Of a DNA stretch of 64,000 bases, positions 15,111 through 28,200 are shown one piece after another. Location of the stretch: positions 41,478,001 through 41,542,000 of the forward strand of contig OX597823.1 of the NCBI GenBank assembly GCA_951406725.2, written 5' to 3'. The notes below the pieces were generated by a model that saw only the letters and a list, made by a program, of their open reading frames with translations, was not told the DNA's origin and did no database searches. The number at the start of each line of letters is the position of its first letter. Positions within the stretch are counted from its first letter, which is position 1. The translations under genes were made by a program, and so were the position numbers. Source of the DNA: Octopus vulgaris. Its lineage: Eukaryota.

Positions 15111-15312
15111 AATTATATACAGTAAAGGAGAAGGTGAATGTATGAAATGAAATAAAAAGTTAGTGTGAGAGGAGGAGTCAGAACAGAACAGGTTTCTTGC
15201 TATTAAGGAACTATATGGGTAAGAGTGATTTACCCATAGAAGAGAGGCAAAGAGTGACTAGGGTAGAGCTGGAAAAAGACAAAATAGATTATAAGATGTC
15301 AGGATGGAGCCC

Positions 15313-15760
15313 AAATTGCCCAGACAAATGAAAATCATGCTGTTCATAAAAACTGTCGGATCAGTGCAACATGGTAGTGAAACATGGACACTGACAAAAA
15401 ATTATCAAACAGGCTAAATGGATTCTACACAAGGGTACTACAAATGTCCCAAAATGTGAAATGGCAGCAACATATGACAAACGAATGCCTTTATGGAGAC
15501 CTGCTGAAAGTTAGTGAGAAGATCAGGCAAAGACAGCTGCAACTATCTGGTCATTAAGTGCACCACCCCGAACTGGAAGCATCTGAAGTAGTCTTGTGGA
15601 ACCCACTTCATGGTGATGTAAGCAGAGGAAAATATCATCACACTTACAGCGACAACTTGATCGCAGACACTGTCCTGGAATATATGTAAGACCTTAAGGT
15701 AGTAATGTTGGACCAACAAATGTGATGGGTGGACTTTGTTGCTGTGGTCAATGTTAGAAT
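15313..15760 (+). mobile_element. Decayed RTE-clade LINE ORF C-terminal fragment (distinct family)
   Basis: HGSETWTLTK/LNGFYTRVLQMSQNVKWQQHMTNECLYGDLLKVSEKIRQRQLQLSGH*...SEVVLWNPLHG, with a frameshift and a stop. Confidence 0.75.
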
Positions 15761-17174
15761 GCAGCTTTGAGAGAAATTTTTTAAATAAGGGTGGAGCCTT
15801 AAGATAGAAGATGAAAAGATGAACTGGGGACACAAAAACATAAAGTTTGGGTGGGTAGAAGTTATATGAGTGTATGGGAGAGTGAGATGTTGTTAGAGAT
15901 AAAAAAAAAGGGGTGAGAGGTTGAATAGCAATATTCAATACAACCATTCCATGTTCAACTGGGGTTTTATTTATGATACCCACTACATGTTCAAAGGCAG
16001 CTTTCAATGAGTGCTTGGTACCATGAGATTGCTCTTGACATTAATATGTAGCAGTCTAAAAGGTACAGATAAAGAGACCTAGGAAGGGACACAAGATAGT
16101 CACATGAAAGGATTTTGGTGAGCTATCGCTAAGTAATGAGGGCTCTCTCCATCTCCTACTGAGGTAGCCAAGCATCTCCTTTAGTACAAGACATCTATTT
16201 CTTTCATTCATGCTTTAACCTTTATTCAGCTGGCACAAAGCTACCTCTTAAAATACTACTCCCCATCCTCTCAGCTGAAGGATCTTGTTTTGGAGGCTGC
16301 TTGGTCACCTCACTAGTGCTGGTGCCATGAAATGAAACATTCCTTACCTTTTGTAAAGTGGTTGGTATTAATAAGTGCATTGAGGTATAGAAACTATACT
16401 AAAGCAGACACTGGAGCTGTGTATAACCCTCCAGCTCATCAGATCCTGTGAAACTGTTCAACTCATGCTAGTTTGGAAAAAAGGCATTAAATGATGATGT
16501 TGTTTACTCTTCATTATTTTCTACACAAATGCAAATACTGGCACCCAACAAACTAATCACCATAATTGCTACATTATGCCAAAATTAACCTTCCAAACCT
16601 ATTCATGCACACACAAACTATAATATGTAGTGTTTAATAAATCCATCTTCACTGTGTATTCAGAACTTGTACTGATGCACTCAATATTCATCTCTTGATA
16701 ATATAAGTCAACTGGATCTGTGGAATACATGCGCATCACAACACATGGCATAAAGCTACCTCCCTGTCTGTAACAACTCCATTCAGTTGAAAGAGAATTT
16801 GGTTTGTCGTATGAGTTAGTTGGCAATCTCACGAGTGCCAGTGACACTTATAAAGCACCTAGTACACTCAGTGAATTGGCTGACATTAGGAAAGGCAGCC
16901 AGCTAGAGCGACCCTGCTGTAGAAGACAGTAGAGCTCAACACAGTTCTGTGACTCAATGGATCATGTCAAAATATCTAACCCATGACAGCACAAATGACA
17001 GGCATTAAATGATAATGATACACACACACACATACATGTATAGAAGTTCATACACACATATGCACATGTATGTTTTTGTGTGTCTATGTATGTTTATATA
17101 TATGTATGTGTATATATGAATTATGTACATTATCATCGTCCTCATTGTTTAATGTCAGTCTTCCATACTAGCAT

Positions 17175-17221
<47 letters not shown>

Positions 17222-17721
17222 ACCACTCGTGTATATGCATACATGTATACGTGTGTATATATATCTAGATATATGTTTGTGTGCATATATATACATATAA
17301 GTTATGTATACTATACATACATATATTATATAAATATATATATATGTAATATATAATCACACACAAACACACACATACACACACATAGGCATTATTTATT
17401 TATAATCTTTAAGAGAATATAGATTTCTAGGAGTGTGAGATGCCAAAGAAATTTTTCATTTCAAAGAAATTTTTCTTCCTAACAAAGTAAAATGAAACAT
17501 TTTGGCAACAGTTTCACTGGTAAGCAGGTTCCATTATCAAAGAATTCTGACATTTACATTAGGTCTTTGAAAATTTAGTCATATTTTGTTATATAATATT
17601 CTTTAAAATATTTCTTTATACACATCTCCCCCTACACCATATATATATAAATACTCAAACATACATATCTATATAAGTATGTATATATATATACTTGTAT
17701 AGATATGTATGTATATATATG

Positions 17722-17793
<72 letters not shown>

Positions 17794-17890
17794 CAGACAT
17801 ATATATATATATATATATACATATATATATTGACATATATATATATATAGACATAAATCTCATATATATGGACATATATATCTTTATGTA

Positions 17891-18020
17891 TATATATGTC
17901 TATATATATATATATGCCTGTATATATATATATATGTCTATATATATATATATGCCTGTATATATATATATATGTCTATATATATATATATGCCTGTATA
18001 TATATATATATGTCTATATA
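17891..18020. repeat. 38-bp minisatellite built from interrupted (TA)n
   Basis: gtc at 17898, 17936, 17974, 18012 and gcctg at 17916, 17954, 17992 give an exact period of 38. Confidence 0.9.
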
Positions 18021-18108
18021 TATGTTTATGTATATATATATGTTTATATGTATATATATATATGTATATATATATATACACATATATGTTTATATGTATA
18101 TATATAGA

Positions 18109-18181
<73 letters not shown>

Positions 18182-18924
18182 GTATATATACACACACAAT
18201 TTGTTGATTACATACATATGTAGCCATCTCTGTATCATATGTAATAGATATATATATATAGTGTTGGAAATTATGATGCTGTTGCTTATGCACACACAAA
18301 TATATATAATATATATACTCATGTACATGTATGTTTTCATACGCACACAAATATATTTTCAAAAATTTTTTCATATTCTAATACTGTTATTGTTAGTGGC
18401 TAAATTGGATTTAATTTTTTACTTATCTTTCACATGGTTTTCTTTCTTCTCACGTTTACACAGGAACACACAAACACACAGATACATACTCACACTTACA
18501 CACACACACACATACATGTTATTACCAAAGGAGTTTCAATTTCCAATGCCTATGCAAATTTATTGTTCAATTTCATTTAAATTTGGCTTAGCTTTTAATG
18601 ATTACAACAAGGTAGATTGGAACGCCTTCTCTTTCTAGAGTCAGAACACTGGTAAATTAAATTCTCTGTAACCAGGAGGTCTATAAACTATTTTGAAAAA
18701 CAAAAATAGGGAAATGCCAAATAAAATAAATTATTATATGGTTATTCTAATAAATATTGCACATTTTATTGTTCTAATGTTTTAAATCAATGAACTTGGT
18801 CATTGGATTTTGTGGGGATTTTTGTGGGTCCATCCTCTGTGTGTGTGTATTGGTTTAGCTTTATGTATATATGTGTGTGTGTATCATGTTATTTACGTTT
18901 TGTTTACAGCAAATTATTTAATTA

Positions 18925-18951
18925 ATGAAACAATATAATACATTTCCGTAA
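18925..18951 (+). promoter_or_regulatory. 8-codon uORF (MKQYNTFP*) whose TAA overlaps the putative main ATG (TAATG)
   Basis: ATG AAA CAA TAT AAT ACA TTT CCG TAA read directly. Relevant only if the exon model above is right. Confidence 0.35.
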
Positions 18952-19020
18952 TGTTGTTTCCTTATTCAAACTGCTTTTTTTTATGTCTGTGTGTTTCAGA
19001 GATTTTTGGTTTATTTTGTG
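18951..19020 (+). CDS. Probable first coding exon (signal peptide MLFPYSNCFFLCLCVSEIFGLFC) of the WAP-domain gene
   Basis: ATG at 18951, 23 mostly hydrophobic codons plus G, then GTAATG donor at 19021. Phase 1 matches the WAP exon (G|CC = Ala, giving ...LFCANDKQCP). An upstream acceptor tttgtttacAG (18908-18909) would start the exon at 18910. It lies in non-repetitive sequence. Confidence 0.5.
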
Positions 19021-19397
19021 GTAATGCTTTTACTTAATTATTTGTTCCTATAATTTTATCTCATATTATATCATATCATGTAGGCGACATTCTGTTTCTG
19101 CATTAGTCTAACTCGGTCACTGATGCTCACATACATAGAGACACACATTCATATGTACTTGGCCAAGCCATGCCACCAATGGAAAAAAAAGCAGTGTGCC
19201 AACATGGAAAAATGGATGTTAAATGAGGATGATGACACAGACATATATACACACATGTGCACATAAACAGGAACACCAGAATATATAAATGTCTGTGTGC
19301 ATATTAATGTTCGTTCTCAAGTCAATTTATATATAAAAATATTCAGCCTTAAACTGAAACATTGCTCAGTACTTTAGATAGACTACATATTTATTAA

Positions 19398-19698
19398 GTG
19401 GAGGCACATGGCCTAGTGGTTAGAGCAGTGGACTCGCGGTCGAGGGTTCATGGGTTCGAATCTCAGACCAGGTGATGTGTGTGTTTATGAGTGAAACACC
19501 TAAGCTCCATGCAGCTCCAGCAGAAGGTAATGGTGAACTTCTGTTGACTCTTCTGCCACAAATTTCTCTCACTCTTTCCTCCTGCATCTTGCAGCTCACC
19601 TGTGACAGACCAGCATCCTGTCCAAGTGGGGAACCTATACACCAAGGAAACCGGCCCTATGAGCTAAGCATGGCTTGAGAAGGAACAAACAACCACAG
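19398..19698 (+). mobile_element. tRNA(Arg)-like-headed SINE with about 12-bp TSD and (CAA)-type tail
   Basis: A box tggcctagtgg, TCG in the anticodon position, B box ggttcgaatct. TSD catatttattaa (19386-19397) and catattcattaa (19699-19710). Confidence 0.8.
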
Positions 19699-20289
19699 CA
19701 TATTCATTAAACTCTTACAAGGAAAAATTGGATACTAGCTTTGGAGTTTTGACTTACTTGCAGTTATCACACTGCACATATTACCATCATAAACGTCTGT
19801 TTTCCATGCTGGCATGGGTTGGACAGTTTGATAGAAGCTGGCAATTCAGAAGCTGGCAATTCAGAAGCTGGCAAATGTCGTCTACATGATATGATTTAAT
19901 ATGAGATAAAATTATAGGAACAAATAATTAAGTAAAAGCATTACCAAATAAACCAAAAATCTCTGAAACACATAAATGTACAGTATTATGAATACTAGTG
20001 CGAAACCAATTGGTAAGATTATCTCTGATGGATATATAATATGGTACATTTTGGATAATATATATATACACACACACATATATGCATACATATATTTATA
20101 TCTAATAGGCGTGCCCAGCATCCTCAGCCGGATGGCTGAAACAAGTAAAATATCCCATAAAAGAGTAATATATATATATATATACATATATACATATATA
20201 CTTACATATACATATATACTCATATAAACATATATATATATATATACACACACATACAAACATATATATATAAGCATACATACACACAC

Positions 20290-20379
<90 letters not shown>

Positions 20380-21885
20380 GACACACACATCTGTAGATGC
20401 TGTTCATGTTAGAGAAGGTACTAAAACTCGACTACACCTTACAGATTCTACACTAAATATTTACAGTTTCTGATTTCAAATCTTATAAATATAAAAAAAA
20501 TGAATACAGTACTAAGACTGATATCTTGATAAATTTATGAAAGGTTAATGATGTTTCAGTTCTTACTGGAACAAAGATTAAATACTTTGCAATAGTTTGC
20601 TTGTTATGTTTGTTCAAGTAGGGTTTAATAAAACAGACTTAAGATCAAATGAATTATTACTATAACTTCTTCAGAAAAGCCAGTGGATTTAGTGCAGTGA
20701 ATTTATCCTAATGTTTTGCCTTCTTTAGATAGTTAGCTTCAGTTAAAAATGGTTAGGGAAAGAAGAAACACAGTGACAAATTTTTGTCAAGATAATTCTT
20801 GGTGTGCATGTTATCAGTATATAAATGCTGGCAGCAATTCTGACAGAATTCTATTCTGATATTAGTAGTCTCAGTATAGGATCTGCAAATTCAATGTCAA
20901 AAAATAACTTTATTAGACTTAATGAAGGAAAATTCTTAACAACTAGAAAATTATGACTGATGCGATAAATGAAATGACTCATTTATTCTTCTTTTTTTTA
21001 AATTTTCTATCAAGGTTCGTTGTTTAGCTTTCATCCTGGGAGATTTATATTGTAAAATTTGGTAGATAATTGAAGTATAGAAATGAGAAAAGAAACAAAC
21101 TTTTGACCTGTAAAAACTCTGTCAGTTGTATTTTTTTTTCTTTTATTTCTTTTTACATTATCTTGCAAAAAAATATATGAAGAAAATCAGCAAAATCATA
21201 TAAAGAGAATGAAAGAAGGAAATATATTTTCAATGTGTATGTGTGTATATATGTATGTGAATGCATGTGATATATGTGTATACATACATACATACATACA
21301 TATAGATATGCACACACACACACATATTTGTGTGTGTGTGTATACATATATATATATGTGTGTGTGTGTGTATGCATATGCATATATATGTGTGTGTGTA
21401 TACATATATAAATATACACACACACACACATGCATATACCTATACACACATGTATATATACACACACACATGAATGGGGAGAGTGTGAAAATCAATCTAT
21501 AAATCTAAATATACAAAACAACAATTCATTTTGATGAAATTATTTATTTATTTATTTCAATTCATCTGACTTTCAAAAGAAATAGAAGATTGAACTGGTT
21601 AACCTTATATTATATTGTACATCACACACATAATAAACATATGCACATATATAAACACATAGGCATGTATAAACATATGAAAATATATAAACATATGCAT
21701 TTATATATAAAGATATGACACATTTTAAATATAAGCATACAAAAAGATGCAAATGTATAACATTACTGCCAGTGTGTGTGCTAAATCTGTCTCAAGGCTA
21801 ATAATCAGATACTTATATTCAACTTACTGAGGAGTGCTCATAACATGCATACCATCACACCAATGTGTGTTGTCTCTGAAGTTTA

Positions 21886-22088
21886 TTAACCCCCTGAAAC
21901 ACACTACCATTGTTTCAATTAATTTTGAAAATTAACAAAAAAATTAAATAATTTTGTTATTTTTAAGAAGGGATTTGGAATATAACATGTGATTGATGGA
22001 AGGTTTTGATTTTGACCATTCTAAAATAGAGCATTTGGCGTCATAGGACCAGAGACAGTCTCAGGTGGGTTGATATCAAAAGGATTAA
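21886..22088. mobile_element. Possible piggyBac-type MITE remnant
   Basis: TTAA+ccc left end and aaaaggaTTAA right end; internal cctgaaaca / gtctcagg inverted similarity. Confidence 0.35.
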
Positions 22089-22711
22089 TTTACTTTCAAA
22101 CAGGAAGTTTGTATCAAGGCCACTGTTAAAAGGGTTGGTCTTTCCTGTTTACGTAACAAGTTATTTTCTGAAGGAAATTTATCTGCGCAGTTTTAGTCTG
22201 GTTGTTTACATAAAACAGTTGAGATATTATTCGAATAAATCTGGCACTGTAAACTGATTGATGGATTTGGTGGTATGGTGGACAGACTTGGTCTGCTTAG
22301 GGTGCAATAGAGGTATTAAACTGGGTTAATATGTTCTGATTTCATTGGGAAGGTGGTCAGGGACTGTAAGGCATCAAGCAGAGTAGTTTTAAAATTATTC
22401 ATAAGAGGGTAGGATGAGATTTTTATCATATTTTCTTCCATAATGTAGATCATAAAGATTTCTCACCTCCCTTGAAAACTGTACAATGTAATATATTTCT
22501 GTATTTTCAGCAGTTAAATGCACTTATGCATTTTCAGCAGCATAAATCAATCTTTCCATTGAATTTTTGCAGTGACTGACCTCTGAAGAATTTTAAATAT
22601 TTCTTTTTGTTTCATATGTGGTGTTCATAAAACAGACATTCACACACAGGAATGCATACACACAAACACACTGACATGCATACATGTGCACATGCACACA
22701 CACACATACAC

Positions 22712-22742
<31 letters not shown>

Positions 22743-23423
22743 TACACACACACACACAATATTTATGAAGCCTTCCTTCTGATAGGTGAAATTTTTAAAC
22801 ATACTTTCATAACTTAGAAGTATGACAGTGTCATGAATAAAAGATAGTTAATGTTCCCATAACACCTTACTGGTGATCAGATTGAGAATCTCCAAGGCTT
22901 CCACTCCAAAACAAAACACACACACACATGCACACTTCTGTTACTTAAGAAGCATTTTCTGAGACAGGTGATGTTTCTAAGCAGGTTTCTTTATCTTGAA
23001 GTATGACAGCAACATACATTAGAAATATTTAATTTCGCCATATGATATAACAAAAACATTCAACTGATGATTACATAAAAACTCTGAAAAAACATTCACC
23101 CCTAGCACACACACATACACACAAATTCAAAAACATACTAGCCCACACTCTCAAATAAACAAACACAAACACACGCACGTTATATAATACCAAATTTTTC
23201 TGTTTCTGTCTACCATTTGCAATCACAAAGAACTGATCAGCCCAAGGTTAGAGCATAAAGACAATGTGTCATACCGTGGGACTGAACCCAGAAGCATGTA
23301 ACTCCAAGCAAACTTTACAACCACATAATTCTGCTTGCACACACACACACATACAGACACACAAATAAATATATATATATATACATATATATATGTATTA
23401 GAAATAGTTTAAGTATTAGAAAT

Positions 23424-23511
<88 letters not shown>

Positions 23512-24322
23512 TGAGTGTATTTTACCTTGTTAACATAAACACACATACACATTCACTCAAACATAACATATATATACTTAAATACAACCTCGTACATACA
23601 ACCCCTCACACACATGCATATTAATGTTTGTTATTTTTTTTTCAGTTATAATTAAAAAAAACATTCCATACATTTGTAGAGTGCGAATTTCTTATCCTCA
23701 TAAAGTATATCATTGTGATGAGGACAATAATTTTCGGCCAGTTAAAACATCTGCAGACTGCGATTCATTAAAGTTAATCATAGCTTTATATAGTCTCTGT
23801 TATATGGATATGAGTTTAGTGATAATTACAACCACGAAATATTTTCTCAACTTGAAAACCTAAACCACACACATAACAATTCTGAGCTATTTTTCATTAT
23901 TTTTTCTAAAAATACTCTAGTAAACACGGTTATAGAACGAGCATACAGATGTAAGCATTGGCAAAAACATACTTTTAGTGCATATAAGTAGTCTCTATCA
24001 TTATATATAGTTTAGACTTTAATTTCCTTTATATTTAACATTCACTATTAATATCCCTACTCTTTCTGTTAGCTACTTATGACGTTATATCATATAACGT
24101 TTTTTTAAACAATATTAATAGCATTCTGTCTATCGCTATACGAATCCATCATTTTTTGCTAAAATGTCGTATTGACAAGTTTCGTTTTTTCACTTTCCCG
24201 AAGAGAAGATTGCATTGTTTATACCTTTTATTCTTTTGAATAAGTATCAGTGGAATTTTTTAAACATATGTAGAAAGAAAAAATACTTGTTTAAACCTGC
24301 GTTAACTCCATTTTTTATTCTA

Positions 24323-24362
<40 letters not shown>

Positions 24363-24366
<4 letters not shown>

Positions 24367-24534
24367 TTAATACACACAGGGTTTAACTTTGAGCTACTAT
24401 TAGTTTCATGCCTCTTTTAGTCTGAATTATCACTTGAAAATATGCAGTATGCTGTACAAGCTTGCCTAACCATTGTATTCAGATACATGAAACTAGTAGT
24501 TAGCTTCAATTTAAACCCTGTGTGCATTAAATGA
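24363..24534. repeat. About 48-bp imperfect inverted repeat (MITE-like foldback)
   Basis: tcatttaatacacacagggtttaa...tagtttcatg (24363-24410) and catgaaacta...ttaaaccctgtgtgcattaaatga (24486-24534). Confidence 0.75.
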
Positions 24535-24994
24535 CATTTATTTCTCACTAGATGGAATACTTTTTTTTGTTAATCCCTCCAATAATGGAACAATGACTGC
24601 AACACCAATGTCTGTCTTGACATTGATTTTTTTATATATCGCTGGCAAGCAAATGAGTCACTGTTATCTCTAGCGGTTGAGCATCCATCATTTTGATAAG
24701 ATCAAGGATGTTCAAAATCATGTGGTCTGATGGTCTCAGCGCCGGAGATTCTGGGTATTTGTCTCCATGCTAATGATATAAGCTTTGGAAAAATAACAGT
24801 TAAAATCATTCTACACTCTTCAAAACTAGCACTAAGAATAAGTACAAGTTAAAATTACTTCCTGCTTTTGTAGCAAGTTGATGCAGATAGTTCATCCTGT
24901 CCCCTCCAACTTTTAGTTCTTGCAAGTGAAAAATCAACATTATTTATGGGATGACCCAATATATATATATATATATATGTATGTATATACATCA

Positions 24995-25165
24995 TTTAAT
25001 ACACATTTTTTCTCTCCTTGTTTTTTCTGTGTCCCTTTCTGTAGAAGAGCGTAAGCTCGAAACGTAAAAGCCTTTTTCTATTCCTGAGTGTTATACTAAT
25101 ACATTTGTTTGTTTTGTACACCACCTGTCTTCGTCTTTTGTTTTTTTTTCGTAAACTCTCCCTAT
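24995..25165 (+). mobile_element. Penelope-like element terminal (pLTR-like) fragment embedded in (TA)n
   Basis: Carries the minimal hammerhead motif at 25035-25070; T-rich body bounded by TA repeats. Confidence 0.6.
25035..25070 (+). ncRNA. Minimal type I hammerhead-ribozyme motif, variant core
   Basis: CUUU / CUGUAGA / A / GAGC-GUAA-GCUC / GAAA / CG / UA / AAAG. Helices I and II pair perfectly, and helix III is the palindromic ACGU. Confidence 0.6.
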
Positions 25166-25679
25166 ATAAATATATACACACTTAAATTTCTCCTTGCATT
25201 CTAATGTCATATAAAGCTACTGCTACTGGACTACAGCCACCTGGCACATGTAAGCAAGCATGGCTTAATAATGTACCATATTTTTGCTAATTGTCTTAAA
25301 TACTTATGTCATGGTGAGCCAATATAAACATCCTTTTGGACACTATATTCTTGACCCAGCTGAATATTGAGAATATTGAGAATATGATGAGTGAATAGGG
25401 AGAGAGAGAAAGCGTGAGAGATGCACCAGCATTTTGCTGGAATTCATTTACTGGTTAGATGACTGAAGTAACATGGAAGATATCTTTGCTTAAGGATACA
25501 ATGCACCACCTAATCAATTTATTGAACTCACAGCCTTATGACTAAATACACTAAATCCTATACTATGGACCATCACTTATTGTTGCCAAATGTAAATTTA
25601 TGGACTGAGATAGAAAATTCTTTATGATGTACAAGCACAAACAAACAATATACATAGAGAATAAAAGATACATCTTTTA

Positions 25680-26062
25680 TCTTTTACTTGTTTCAGTCAT
25701 CAGACTGTGGCCATGCTGGGGCATTGCCTTGAAGAACTTTAGTTGAAAAAATTGCCCTTGGTCCATATTTCTATTTTAAGCCTGGTCAGAATTTTTTTTC
25801 CAAACTTCTAAGTACAGAGACGAAAACATACCAACACTATCTGTCAAGTGGTGGTGGTGGTGGACAAACACAGATACACCCCGCCACCTAAACATATATG
25901 ACAGGCATCTTTCAATTTCCATCTACCAAGTTCATTCACGAGTCTTTCATCACCTCAAGGCTTATAGTAGGAGATACTTGCCCAAAGTACCATGCAATGG
26001 GACTAAACCCAGAACCATGTGGTTGAGAAGCAAACAGCTTACCACACAGCCACACCTGTACC
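25680..26062 (-). mobile_element. SINE family A, older copy
   Basis: cttttacttgtttcagtc tail through aaccatgtggttg...cacagccacacctg head. Confidence 0.75.
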
Positions 26063-26692
26063 TATATGAACACAGTGTACTTGATTTATGCTGCGTTTGA
26101 ACTCAGAACCATGATAGTAGAAGAATTAATTCTCTGCACTTAGTCCACCATCTTATTTTAATAAAAACAAACACAGTATATAATTCTCACTAGCAATTTG
26201 GTTACTATATAGGTATGTATACACACACACACACTCATTGAAGTTCACAAAACAGGACACATAAAAACTCTCATCTAAGTTATTTGAATAGTTTAATAGT
26301 TTGTTATAATTTTATTATATGTGAACATGGAAAAATTAAAGAATCACACATGTACATGCATATATACCTGACTATCTACCTATCTGACTGCCTACATATC
26401 TACCTTTCCATCTGTCTGTTTATATATCTGTATACCTATCAATGCATACACGCACACACACATGACACAGTATGCATTTATTTGCTGCAAGAGATGCTTA
26501 AAGGCAATAAAAAGCCATAGACAAATACATTTCATTAAAATAACTCTTCCCTATCACTTAGTCAAGCAAAGATAGTTGTATTAATAATCACTAACACCTT
26601 TATAGAAGTGGCCACGCATGTGTATAGCTTATATAGAAGTACATCATATATATATGTATATATATAAATATATATATATATATGCATATATA

Positions 26693-26745
<53 letters not shown>

Positions 26746-26810
26746 TATATATATATGTGTATATATATATATGTGTATATATATATGTATATATATGTAG
26801 TATATATATG

Positions 26811-26856
<46 letters not shown>

Positions 26857-27407
26857 ATCAATAGAAACATATCATTGGACAGTATGTGTATTTCTGTGTG
26901 ATTCAACAAACACATACACACATTTTTATATACAGACATGCATACTTGTATGGGTGTATGTATATATGTATGTATGTATAAATATATATATATGTTTGTG
27001 TGTGTGTGTATATATACATACATATATATATATATATCTTCAGCTTGTTTTTTGTTTGCATAGCAGCTTCTTTATATGTATGTTTTATACAAATGGCTGC
27101 ATTTTCTAATTCATTTTCTAAAAATTCTGTTGACATAGAACCGATGGGAAGAAAGTAAGCAAGAATAGAATATTTTTACACATTCACTGACATAAGCACA
27201 TACATACATGCATATACATACACACACACACACGCTTGTATGTAAACAAAATAACCATACCACACAGAAGTACTCTTGTGTAAACATTATAAACATCTAG
27301 AAGAAACAAGCAAATTCACAAATGCAGTCATGTGGAACCAATTCATATATGCATGCACATACATATACATTGATATATATGTATGTGTATATCAGTTTGT
27401 GTGTGTA

Positions 27408-27471
<64 letters not shown>

Positions 27472-27492
27472 CACACACAATCTCTCTCTCTC

Positions 27493-27527
<35 letters not shown>

Positions 27528-27869
27528 TGCATGAAATCAAACTGATATAAAAACATTTAGCTATTTAGAAATTTTTTCTCAAGTGTTTGGAAAATTTATC
27601 CTCAGATCAAATTGCTTTCTCTGAATCTTTTCTTTTTTCTTTTTGTGTGTGTGAGTATATGTGCATACATTTGTGCATGTGTGCATGTACTCGTAGATTC
27701 ATTGATATATACCTACCTACATACTTACCTACCTGCCTATATTCACATATACATTCTTAACCATGACCTTATTCACATACATACATATCCTTATACAAAA
27801 GCATACACAAATTATATGCACCTCATATTCTTATTTACATTTATAACTGTGTATTAAGCTTAGAGTATA

Positions 27870-28200
27870 GCTCTATGATTAAGATGTCCACTATGCAGGC
27901 ACGTGTTTTCAAGTTCAATCCCAAAGTACAGAACCTTGGGCAAACATCTACTCTAGCCTTAATCTTACCTATATCTTGTGAGTGAATTTGGTGGTTGAAT
28001 ACTGCGTGGAAGCCTGTTATGTATCAATTGTGTACCTTTGGTGTCTTTCTTACTGTTTCAATGTTCATTTGGTTGTGTCTCTAATTTTGCAGTTCAGCAA
28101 AATGATATCGATGGAATAAGAGCCTAACATAAAATGAATATTAGGGTCAATTTGAACAACTAAACCACTTCGAGGTAGTCCCCCAGCACAGTCTTGGTCC
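27870..28200 (+). mobile_element. SINE family A, strongly decayed
   Basis: agttcaatccca...gtgagtgaatttggt...gttcagcaaaa...ccccagcac motifs in the expected order. Confidence 0.55.

Noticed and set aside
19398-19470. tRNA-Arg(TCG)-like sequence
   Set aside because: No acceptor stem; it is a SINE head enclosed by TSDs.
19833-19874. 15-bp direct repeat (agaagctggcaattc) in about 2.8 copies
   Set aside because: Local slippage inside a family C stub; no spacers, so not CRISPR-like.
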